In this document: piece after piece, positions 24,489 through 38,500 of the stretch
How the letters are laid out: the number at the start of each line of letters is the position of its first letter
Position numbering within the stretch: position 1 is the first letter of the stretch
NCBI GenBank assembly: GCA_904063045.1
Contig: CAJFCJ010000005.1
Coordinates: forward strand, 4,183,689-4,247,688
Length of the DNA: 64,000 nucleotides
Reading direction: 5' to 3'
Origin: Dimorphilus gyrociliatus
Taxonomy: Eukaryota > Animalia > Annelida
Position numbers and translations under genes: made by a program
The notes under the pieces: model-generated
Told to the model about the DNA's origin: nothing
Databases searched by the model: none
The model's input: the letters and a program-made list of their open reading frames with translations, nothing else

Positions 24489-26086
24489 ATGGATTTATTT
24501 GGTGATTTACCAGAACCTGGTAAAAATAATTTTAAAAAACACTTTTTTCAATTAGTTCTTAATATTCGTTTGTTAAGAGCAAAACAAGAACGACGAGAGA
24601 AAAGCTAAAAGAAGTCATGATGATAAAGTTTCGGAAGATGAGACTAAAGCAAAAAAGTCCCAAATGATTAGCATGACTGATTACAAAGGTATGATAACAT
24701 TTAATTAGCCATTTAAATGTTTAATATATAAAGATATATTGTGTATTCTGATTTTATATATCAATTATTTATTTACAGACAATGAGATTATTGGTCTCCA
24801 TTCATACGTCGCCGAACGCAAAGGAGAGAGGGACGAGATGCAAGATACGCACGTTAATATAGATAATTTTACATCGAATGTAGATAACTTGCATCATACT
24901 ATGTGAGAATTCTTGCAATAACTTTCGTGATGATAAGATATAGGAAATTGAAGTGATATACTAAATATTCTAGTGTATTGTATTCTTCTACAGAAAACGG
25001 CTAGCTTATTACGGCGTTTACGACGGACACAATGGAAGTCGGGCTGCGAAGTATTGTGAGGAAAATATGCATGTAATTTTAGCTAAGAAATTAGCGAAGG
25101 GTAAAAGAGAAAGAATGAAAAGAAAAGAGAAAAATTATGTTAAAAAAGAATAATACAATCCTTTTTCAGCCAACTATTCAACCATAGATAAAGATATAAA
25201 AAAGTATTTCATAGAAACCTATAAGAAGGTAGACGACGCTTTTTTAGCAAAAGCATCTCAAACGTAAGCAACGAAATCTATAAATAAATCATATTAAACA
25301 ATGCCTTTTATATGTCTGCTAACGAATTCGTTAAATCTTTTTGAACATCTTCTTCGGAGCAGGAAACCTTCGTGGAAAGATGGAAGCACCAGTACAAGCA
25401 TTCTAATAGTTAATAATATTGCCTATGTTGCGTCCGTTGGGGATAGCAAGGTTAGGGGTTTTACTGATTTTTCTTAATGATGAAAATCAGCCAATGTTCT
25501 TTCTATATATATTTATATTAGTATACATTCATTTCCGCAGGCTGTACTATATAGATTCGACGAAAAGAAGAATAGCCTTACGGGACTAACGCTGACGACA
25601 GATCACAATCCTACATCGTATGAAGAGCGAATGAGAATACAGAAAGCCGGCGGCACTGTTAAAGATGGGCGAGTGCTTGGTTTGTATTTTATAATCAAGT
25701 ATTTTGACATGTACTATGTATTTACGGTCGTTTTTAAACAATAACACTCTGTTCTTCTTTTTAAAGGCCATTTGGAAGTGTCAAGATCGATTGGTGATGG
25801 ACAATATAAAAATCACGGAGTTTCTTGTATACCTGATGTAAAGAGATGCAATATAACTGAGACCGATAGGTTCTTAGTCATAGCCTGTGACGGTTTATGG
25901 AAAAGATTTTCTGTTCAAGAGATAAGCGAACTCTTACCATCGACCGTTGATCCTGCTGAAGATATCGATAAATTACTGGAAAGCTTATCAACGAAACTCG
26001 TCAATATGGCAATTAAAGGCTTGGTCGCTGATAATGTTACAATTTGTATCGTAGCTTTATTAAAACGCCCTTTAACGCCTCAATAA
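24489..26086 (+). CDS. ILKAP: Integrin-linked kinase-associated PP2C phosphatase
   Basis: Diagnostic first exon MDLFGDLPEP (ATG 24489). PP2C motifs across short exons: RDEMQDTH, YYGVYDGHNG, WKDGSTS, VGDSK, LTTDHNP...EERMRIQKAGG, LEVSRSIGD, VIACDGLW, ADNVT. Confidence 0.93.
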
Positions 26087-26427
26087 ATATTACAATAACA
26101 TTTTAACAAAGTCATTTTTTTTAAAAAAAAATAAAACAAGTCTTTTTTTCTATACAACAAAAAAAAAACAAGCGCAAAAAATCCTTTTCTTTCTTTTTTC
26201 CCAGTTTTCATTTTGATAATTAAGAAATGTAAGAATCTCATAATTCTTCATTCAGAGAATGAAACAATTCAACTATTCAAAAAGTGTAAATATTTTAGGT
26301 ATATAATAAGTTGTTGTTGTAACAGTAGCAACTGGTGGAGAGGAGGAGAAGAATGGGGGAAAGGAGAGTAAGATGATTATAGATTTAATTATATTATATG
26401 AGGAATTATTATTGTTGTCTTTTTTTC

Positions 26428-28922
<2,495 letters not shown>

Positions 28923-29314
28923 ATTACTCTATACTTCTATCATCACCCTAAGATTAATATTCGTCAATAAGTGGTTATTTAAGGTCTAAATTAGGCCGAT
29001 GAATTGATTTCTAGCTGCTTTAGTCAAAAATTGAAGGAAACGGGTAGTTAGAGTTTATTTTTTTGCACTCGATGAATCATGATTTATCGCTCAGGTTTAC
29101 AGCGCCATCCAACGCCTAACGTAGTTTGATTTGTTGGCTTATCCTTTGATAAATTTGTAACTTGAATAGATCTTTATATATATTACACAATTGCAAAATG
29201 TAAGCAAACATTGGATTATCTAATTGCAATTTATAACATTCAGAATACTCATAGCGATCTATTTGATTTAGTAATTTTTTACTCTTAAATTACTCGTTAT
29301 CGTTCACCTGAAAG

Positions 29315-30997
29315 ATGACAACCCGTCATTCTCAAGTTCATTTTGCTGATAAAACTTTGGCAGGGGTTCCAAAATTATTGGATGATTTGCAGAAAGTTAT
29401 TACGGCAAAAGAAATGTCGGATTTAGTATTTTTAATAGGAATTGAACAGGTTCAATTCTATTCTCATAGCTTTATAGTGTGGGCAAGGTAAACCATAGCT
29501 ACTCTATTAACTATTTTGTTTTCACTACTTGTTACATAATAAGAATCCTCTTTTATCTTTCTCTAGATGCCCTAAATTGAGATTACCGGTTTTTTCAAGT
29601 TGTTCAAGGCAGCACCCTCTATTTTTAAAGTATCCCAACTTTCAACCTACAGTCTTTACTGATGTACTACTCTACCTCTATACTGGAAAAATTATATTAA
29701 ATGATCTAACCGTCTTTCCACTTTTAAACATTGCCACCCAATTTGGTCTTGAAGAGTTAGAGGAGGCCTGCGAAAATCATGTACATTCCTCCTTAAATGT
29801 TGAAAATGCTTGTGCTTTCCTAACATCCTCCTTACATTTGGAAGAAGAATGCCAAGATCTTTCCAGAATTTGTCAATCATTTATCGAACAACGCGCCGAA
29901 GCTTGTGTTTATACAGAAGGTTTGTATGTTTAAACACCATCCCTTTTTCTTCTTTCTTTCCTCTGTCGTCTCCTGTTAATTAACCATTAAATGGTCTATT
30001 TTTTAGGTTGGTTGGAGTTACCTAAAGAGGTTCTTCGTCGTATTATTCAAAGTGAGAACCTCTGCCTAGAGGAGGAGGATGTTTGGAGGTCTGTTCTAAA
30101 TTGGGGCAAATTTCGAGCCGGTGTCCCAATGGAGAAAACAATATCCTCTTGGACTCTACAAGAAAAGAATTTTGTTAAAGAAGCCTTACAAGGAATATTA
30201 GAGCATGTCAAATTTCTTCTCATAGATGGTAAAGTATTCGCAGAGGAAGTAGAGCCGACTGGAGTTGTTCCCGTTTCTCTTGCATTGGAGAGGTATCGTC
30301 TAAGCGCGCTTCCCCAAACCACAAAATCTATTCAAGATCCGAGAACTCAACCAAGAGCCTGTTTAAAATTATTCCAAAACACAAAAATCCTTAGTGGATC
30401 CAATAGGGTTCATCTACAAAGACTAATTAACGGTTGGATTGGGGAACAAAAACAAAAATGGAAACTTGTCTTTAGAGCTAGTCGTGACGGATTTAGAGCG
30501 TCAGATTTTCATCGAGTATGTGACGGATATGCTCCAACATGCGTAATTATACAGGTAAGAAAGATAGTTTACGTTTCTTGTTGATAAAACTATCAAAATC
30601 TTTGCTCCTTATATAGAGCTCATCAGGATGCGTGTCTGGAGGATTTAGCGATGTTGCTTGGACAAGTAAAACGCCGGAAAAAGGAAGATATATCTCATCA
30701 AATAGAGCGTTTCTCTTTACGTTAATTAATCAACAGGGAGTCACTCCTAGAAAATTTCATATTACGAGGTCAAATTTTGCAACGTTACATCATCCCCATT
30801 ACGGACCTATATTTGGCGCAGGCGCGGACCTAAGTATCTCTTCAAATTGTAATCAAAATATGGATAGTTATAGCAATATGCCTCATTCGTTTGGAGGACC
30901 TGGAGCAAATTCAACAATTCTAATGGGAAACTACAACTTTTGTATTGAAGATTATGAAGTTTTCACGCCAATGACAGCGGTAGTGACAAACTTGTGA
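29315..30997 (+). CDS. BTB/POZ-BACK-TLDc domain protein
   Basis: Exons 29315-29487, 29567-29919, 30007-30554, 30617-30997. BTB SDLVFLIG...YSHSFIVWAR|CP...LLYLYTGKI; BACK VENACAFL...EEEDVWRSVLNWG; TLDc WKLVFRASRDGFRASDFHRVCDG...GGFS...AFLFTL...YGPIFGAGADL...DYEVF. Confidence 0.88.
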
Positions 30998-31057
30998 ACA
31001 ATTTAGAAAGAGATTATACGAAAATGACTGGTTTTGCATTTTTCTGTTATTTCAAAA

Positions 31058-31088
<31 letters not shown>

Positions 31089-31423
31089 TAAAGGAAAAAG
31101 AGAAACTGTATGTCTATATATATATATATATATATTCTGTATATGGTTTATAAATACATATTTTTGATTGTATCAATGTATATTATTAGGTGGCGTGATA
31201 ATAGTCGAATCCGGCGTTATCTGATACATTGGAGATCTCTAAATGTACATTTGCTTTATTATTAATAATAATAAAGAAACAAGTATTTAAGTATGACATG
31301 ACGACCGGAAATATAATATTAATAGGAAAAAAGACAGCGTATTTCTTCCAAGGTTTTTAGAGTTTAAAATATCTTTACACAATATTTAATAATAGTATTA
31401 GTGGTAAATCGAATCTATCTTTC

Positions 31424-33039
31424 TTAAGGAAGTACCACCTTTCTATTCTTCAGATGAGCTTTAATTATTTCTCCGTATTCATTTCTTCCAAGTAATTCAT
31501 AGGCTAAAGGCAGTACGTTGAGAATCTGAGAATGAAATATATCTGATCCGTACGAAAATAGATCTATGCCCAACTCTAAGCCTTGACCGTAGTCGCACTC
31601 ATCATTCGCAAACTGTACACACATAATTGTTTCCATGAGAGGATCGAACGCTTTATTTCTTTCGGCTCCTTCCTCAGAACTTTCAATCTTCTTCAATATT
31701 TTCTTTAGTTCACCTTAATATTTTTAATAGTTTTAAAAATATTTCTTTAGACTTTTCTATAAGTAGGTTGTATTAAAATAGTTTGTCTTACCTGGAGTAT
31801 CGGGTAAAGGCCTATATCCAATATCATTATCATCTACAGGTACACAGATACCAGCGCCGTGAAACGTTTTGCTGTTGACTAATTTATCTCTCTTTTTCAT
31901 TTTTGGAGTTTTAACGTCGAGAGAATACGAGAGTTTCTTGGCATACTCCCCTAAATCGGTCAGAATCTTTATAGCGTGGGTCTTTTTTATAGGGTTTTCT
32001 TTAACGAAACCGTCGATATAGCATCTGAGATGATTAAAAATAAAATAGAATGAAAAAAAAAAACCAATTAGAAGAAGGCGAAGAAAAAACATAGAAACAA
32101 TCCCAATAGAGATTGCGTTCCATTCTCTTACTTTATGGCTGCAAATAGATTTTCTCCTTTAGGTTTAATTTGACACGAATTTTTGGCTTCGTTGAAAGCC
32201 ACAAAGTCCGGCATATTTTCAGGATCATCCCTTAAAATAATAAAATAAATGTTTTGTTTGTTTATATATATATATATATATATATTGTATTTACCTGAAA
32301 TATCCAATGTGAAATTGAGCTCTTTTATCGCCCTGAACAACAGTTAAAAATTCGGGTGGATCGTAGTAATAGCGCCAATAAGTAAGATAACATGTTTTCT
32401 TAGAATGTCTCTTGTACTGACCACTTAGAAATTCAAATGGTCCAACAAGCGTTAAATTAATTGAATTTAAAGCGTCTAAATGATGTAAATATACAAATAA
32501 TTATTAACTTTCTATCGATTCTATAATTATAAATGACCGTACCGCAAGGATTTTTCGAGTTAACTGATTTAGCAAATTCGTAGAAATCAAAGAAATCCTT
32601 TGGCATAGCTACCTTGTACTTCAATTTAATTACATTTGATATATCTGTCGAGTCTAGTTTATCATCATCTAAAATTTATACAAACATTACTTTATATTTG
32701 CGCAATATGCTGACTGAAGCATATATTCTATCTACCTTCTACTGTTTCGCTTTCCGATTGCTTCTCTTCTTCAGATTCATTGTTAGGTTCAGGAGAATTT
32801 TTATCAAGCTCAATTTCTGGATCGGTTATTTTGTTTTCTTCTACTTTTGCTTTTTTGGCTTTAGGCTGTGGTAATTAAAGAAATCGGCGATAATAAACTA
32901 GTTTTACAATTATAGTATTATATTCCTCGGATCGTAAAAATACCTCATCGAGATGGGGATGATTAAACTCTTTAAAGTGTTCCGGATTTTTTCTGTAGCA
33001 TTTCTTACCGTAGGGACAATCGGATACGTTACATGCCAT
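31424..33039 (-). CDS. HPF1: Histone PARylation factor 1 with N-terminal PBZ zinc finger
   Basis: Exon 1 33039-32944 ([32 protein letters not shown]), exon 2 from 32865. HPF1 motifs [68 protein letters not shown] (catalytic Glu retained). Confidence 0.93.
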
Positions 33040-33206
33040 TTAAGCGCGTTATTCCAATAATTTGTTTGTTGCCAAAAAGTCGTTCTAAATATAAAACATA
33101 AAAGGCAGTGTCCATAAAATGGCGGGTGTTCAATAATCGCAAAACTATCCATTTTTTGAAGTCTATTAACTAAAAATAAAGATAAATTACGAAAAGAGAA
33201 TTTTAT

Positions 33207-33815
33207 TCAGTTTCTAGTTGGTAAATCTGATAATAAATCGGCTATTAGGTTTAATTGACAAGATCGTAAAGCAGTTATAAGTTGTTGAACAGGAGAAATG
33301 TCTACAGTTGATGGTCTTCTTTCGTACCAGGTTAAAATTGATTGTCGACAACATTCACGACTATTTCGAGTAAAATTATCTGTAATGTAATCTATATCAG
33401 CATCTGATAATTGGAGTTTTCTCGCAAAACGCTTCCAATCTCTACCAATTTCTGAAACAATTAGCTCTATTTCTCTCTCAATTTCCACTATTTTCCCTTT
33501 CGACGCCACTTCTTGTTTATAGCTTGAAGAGGGTGCTGAATGTTGGCAATTGGTGTACGTCTTATTGTCATAGGCTTCTATAATTTGTAATAAATCTGAT
33601 CTGCCTGTTGACTTGATCAAATCTGTTAATATTTGTGTGTTATCTGGAGAAAGATCCGCTCTTTCTTGGAGGAGAACCCACAATTGCAAAGGGGTATCTA
33701 CTTGCTCTAGTCGTCCAGCAGGTATAACTTTCTGACAACAGAATTTTATACTCTCGAAATCTTCTTTTCGAAGTTTTCTCGATAGATCTACTAGCATTAA
33801 GTTAAATGGTTCCAT
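33207..33815 (-). CDS. FADD: FADD-like adaptor (DED plus death domain), intronless, 202 aa
   Basis: N-terminal DED with the RxDL motif (GRSDLL); C-terminal DD IGRDWKRFARKLQLSDADID...L..W...LITALRSCQLNLIADLL. Confidence 0.88.
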   Translation of the reverse strand: MEPFNLMLVDLSRKLRKEDFESIKFCCQKVIPAGRLEQVDTPLQLWVLLQERADLSPDNTQILTDLIKSTGRSDLLQIIEAYDNKTYTNCQHSAPSSSYKQEVASKGKIVEIEREIELIVSEIGRDWKRFARKLQLSDADIDYITDNFTRNSRECCRQSILTWYERRPSTVDISPVQQLITALRSCQLNLIADLLSDLPTRN

Positions 33816-34079
33816 TTAGGTATTGCTCCCAGGTATATCGATCAGAATTACCGGAAATCAAGAACATAGTCCACAAATCGGAAATGATTTTAGCATAACC
33901 TTGACATTGATTTTAAAAGGAGAAATGTTCTCGGCGGGAGTGAAGGGAGGGGAGGGGAGGGGAAAAGAAATAAGAAACTTTGGTTAGGATAAAAGGTGTT
34001 AATGGACAAATAAATATAGAGTCCAGAAACTAAACTGTAACTATATATATCTGTATATGTATACTTTAGAGTATACAGT

Positions 34080-34115
<36 letters not shown>

Positions 34116-34519
34116 GTAGAAAATGGTTAATTGATAAATAAATACATAGCCGCCGGGAAAAAGTAGGGTGTATAGGATTTCTTTCCATATACTGATGTAC
34201 AATTACTTAGAGACTTTTATTTATCTGCTATTAATATACTGTACACATATAAAAGAAGTAAAGAATAAAACTTGAGATAAACCGTTTATATTAGGATTCT
34301 ATTTTAATAATGTTAATCTTTTATGCAGCGTTATTAATAGAAACAAGAAGAAGAAGAAGAAAAAGAAGAAGGAGAAGGAGAAAAAAAATATAGTTATTAG
34401 GTTCGATCTGAAAGTAATCTACATTTTGTATTTTTATTTATAGTAGTTAACTTATTTAATAATTTTTTTTTATATTATAGCCTATAGTCTACTCTAGAAA
34501 AATTAACTATTCTATTCCT

Positions 34520-35531
34520 TAATAGTCCCTCCCCCTCGTTGTTTATACATGTCTGCCATTAGGATGAAAGTAGATCTATCCTGTTCTGATAAAAGGAGGA
34601 TGGTTTTCTCCTCAAAATATCTCTGATGTCTTTTTTTAGCTCATCCAAATTTTCGTAATCAACTCCCCTTATATGATCTTTCAGTTGTCCAAACAGGTAA
34701 AAATCAGATGGGGGCCAAATCAGAGCTGTATGGGGGATATGGACAGACAGACCATCCCTGATTTCTGATAAAATCTGTTGTGTACAAACTGATATGGGGT
34801 CTGGCATTATCATGCTGTAAAATAATCTGTTTTCCAGCCCTTATCCTATTTAGTCTCCTCCTTAGCCTCTTTAGGGTCTCCACATACTGAATGGAGTTGA
34901 CTGTTTCATCATAATCCATAGATTCAACATGATTAATCCTGAACAGTCCCAGAAAACTGTACATATTAGTTTTTCAGATGATTTAGTCATTTTTAGCTTT
35001 TTTTCAGGTGGAGATGATGTGTGTTTGTAGGTTAGGGAAGCCCTCTTTGATTCAGGATCTTAAAGATGAACCCAAGATTCATCTCCAGTTACTATTTTTT
35101 CTAAAAATGCTTCTTTTTCTGCCATCTATCTACCCTTACCTCTTTTTGATCCTGATTAAGATCATAGGGGATCCATTTAGCACCAAGTTTTCTCTACCCC
35201 AGCTTCTTAATTATCTTCCCAACATCCTCTTAACCAATATCTAATTTTTTGGCAATTGCTCTTTGAGATGTGGTTCGATCTTCCCTGATAAGCCTGTCAA
35301 CTGATTCTTTATTTTGATCTGTTACAGCTGTTTTTGGACGACCAGATCTCGGCAAGTCTTTAGGATTTTTTCTTCCTTTTTTTATTTTAATAGTCCACCT
35401 TCTTACTGAACTAAGGTTCTCAGAGTTTCATCCCCAAAATAGCTTTTTAACCTTGTGTGAATCTTCTTTGAATAGGCCTTCTCATGGACTAAGAATGCAA
35501 TAATTTTTCGCTGATCGGAACATGTAGACAT
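34520..35531 (-). mobile_element. Degenerate mariner (DD34D) transposase fossil
   Basis: Across frameshifts and stops: HTH region KIHTRLKSYFGDE...VRRW...DLPRSGRP, WIPYDL (WVPHEL-like), IVTGDESW, LQHDNARPH, YSSDLAP(+1)SDFYLF with exactly 34 residues between D2 and D3, and C-terminal *WQTCINNEG. No convincing TIRs. Confidence 0.9.
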
Positions 35532-38500
35532 GACTTGCTGTTGCTTGCACTGAAATAATTTTGTAATGGCTTGACAGAATCGAATGAAAGTTTTCACAAT
35601 GAAAATAAATAAGAGAATACTACTAAATTGATAATCTTAGGGTAGGGATGGAAAAGTGTAAAGAGGAAGAGATAGGCAAAGATAGAGGCAGAGAAGAATT
35701 GTGTACGTTATAGCTAGATGGATGGAATTTATCTTTCTTTATAAATAGTAAATAAAGAGAAATAATCAATAAAAGATGGAAAATATGACAAATTGAAAAC
35801 ACAAAAGGAATGTAGTGCAGTATAGTTACAAATATTTTTGTTATTATTAGACGATATATTATTATTAAACAATTTAAAATGGAGTATATAAGTGGAAAGT
35901 GGATGATAAATGAAATTATTATCTATAGATTAAAATAGACTGTACTAAAGAGAGTTTACTGTTCTCTATTTGGCCTATTTTGTGAATAATATTTTCTTTT
36001 CATAATAATTTAATGAGTAAAAGTAAAAGGGGAAGAACCTTGGGAGATAAAGTGTAATATTTATTATATATATATACTAATAAATATAAATTTATATATA
36101 TATATATATATAAATCCAATTAAGAGTGCACTATAAATACATATACTGCATATGATATATTCGTTTGCATTTCATACAGACAAACGTAAGAGGCAAAGAA
36201 CAAAGCGAAAGAAAATACAAGAAAGAAATTACATACACTGTTAAGATACTCTATATAGTTTTTCAATACTAAAAGGAAAAATGATTGAGTAGCTTATTAA
36301 AAGAGAGTAAACAGATATGAATGACAATAGCTTGGAAACAATCGAGTTAAATGAATTTTATATATGTATTGTATATTTAGTATAATAATAATGTTTTATT
36401 ACTAAAAATTAATAACTTGCTTTAATGAAAGCACGGCTGCATTTTTTCAGTTACGTTTGTTACCTGCAAAAAAATACATTTATAAACCTTTTTTCTGACA
36501 TAAAAATACTAATTTTACAGTTTTGCAGTTTTTTTGTTTCTTAGATACGTATATCCGGATATTACAAAGAAAGAAATACTAGATTTGTTCCTACCAGGAA
36601 GGTAGTAGTCCTTTACTTTTCACTTTGCCTCAATTGCTAATTGTTAATTAAATGTGTAAAAATCCCAAAGGTTGTTGCCTTGTTAGAAGTTACAGGAAAG
36701 GACTGAGAAGGGAATAACTTCCTTCTCAACGCTAATAATAATTGTCTTTTTTTTAAAATAGAATTACTGTGAAAATTATATCCATAAAGAGAGCAGGAGA
36801 GACAGAGAAAGACAGAGAGAGAGAGAGAGAGAAACAGAACGGCGAGTAGACAGACATTATAGATAGGAAGCAAACTATGAAGATTAATCCTCTTTCTGGC
36901 TAGTTTCATTGAATATCGTTATTGTTAAAGACTTATAAACAAATTTTCCGGGCAGTTTCTAGTAGTTCAACCGGTAATTATTAGTTACGTAAAAGGCATC
37001 ATCGAGATGGCTTTTTTTTTAAACTACAAGTAAAGAGAATCAGATAGAAACGAAGAGCTAATTATTATTAAGGAAAGAACAGGTGTAACATTTACTTTTC
37101 CCCCTTAAAAATAAAAAAAAAGAGAAGCCAGAGGGAGTAAAAATTTCGCGCGTATTCGTGTCTATATGTTTCTTACCAACTGAATATCAACTATTTCATT
37201 CATCTATATATTCTAAATGCAATTAAATACACTGCAGGTATTTCAAGACTCGTCAAAAGAAAGTTAATTCACATCATTTACACTAACCCGTGGATCATAT
37301 ACATATATATATAAAATTCATGCTACTGGAAAATATTTCTGCCGAGTATATGTTACATTAAAATATAAACTGCATATGGAATGTAATCTATCTTCCATTA
37401 GATTGCTGTATACTGAAAAAGAGAAGGCTTTAATTCTATTGCTGGAGAAACATGAAGTAAAAAACAACCTATTATGATATAAAACGGAAAGAGACAAAGA
37501 TTGGAGATAGGTATGGATGGATAGATTGACAGATAGGCTGATAGGAAGAGGGAGTGAGAGAGAGGAGAAAATGAGTGACTGAGTGAGTGAGGGAGGGAGG
37601 ATGTGTCTGTATGCATTTCTATGTTCAAACACCAAGACGAAAAAGAAAATTGTTAAATGAAAAGAGAAGAATGAAAGAAACGATTTAAAAATAAAGGATA
37701 TACAGTTTATATTGACTATAGCGATTTATTCTTCGATTATTTCGCATGGTTTATACTTAAAAAGAAGAAAACCGATTCAAAGAAACTACTTTGATTTTAT
37801 CCTTGCCTTTAAGCCTTTTAACTTCCAATTAGATTATTGAGGAATTGAGAGAAATAAAAAAAATAGGATATTGGTTGATGAGTCGATTAATGATTACTTT
37901 TGAACTGTAAAACGTATATAAAACAAATAAAAAGACAAAACTTTAAAGGTAAAGATGTATAGATCGAATATCAACACCTTAATAATCAATGCTTAAAGGA
38001 TACTCTCTCTATTACCTTGTCTCTTTAATTTTTTTTTAGTATATTTTAACTAATTGAAGTTTGCGTAAGCTTAAAAATCTTTAATCGTTGAATAATTAGG
38101 GATTTTACAAGCATATTTAGTTAAAAATTATAATAGGCGTAATAATCTTTCAATGTTAAATCTTCACAGTTCTCTATTTTTACATATTTCTCTTTCTTCC
38201 TCTTTCTGGTTTTTAGCGCGCTCTCTCTCTCTCTCTTTCCTTTCTTTACGGTTCCTTCTATCGAATAAAGAAACAATAGAGTATATTATTCCGGTGCTTT
38301 TCACTTGAACAATTTAAAACGAACAGGTGAACATTTATCCGTGCTAATAAACTCTTATAGAATATAACTAATAATCAATTTCAATAATATAATGATATTG
38401 GACAATGATAAATCATCAGTAAGATGAAGGTGCTCGGCAACGTTGTTTCTGGTCTAATACGTATGAAGAAGAAGAAGAAGAGAGAGAGTAAGAATTACTT

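Noticed and set aside
34441-35625. Possible mariner TIR pair (34441-34460 and 35605-35625)
   Set aside because: Only loose AT-rich similarity; cannot be called a TIR.
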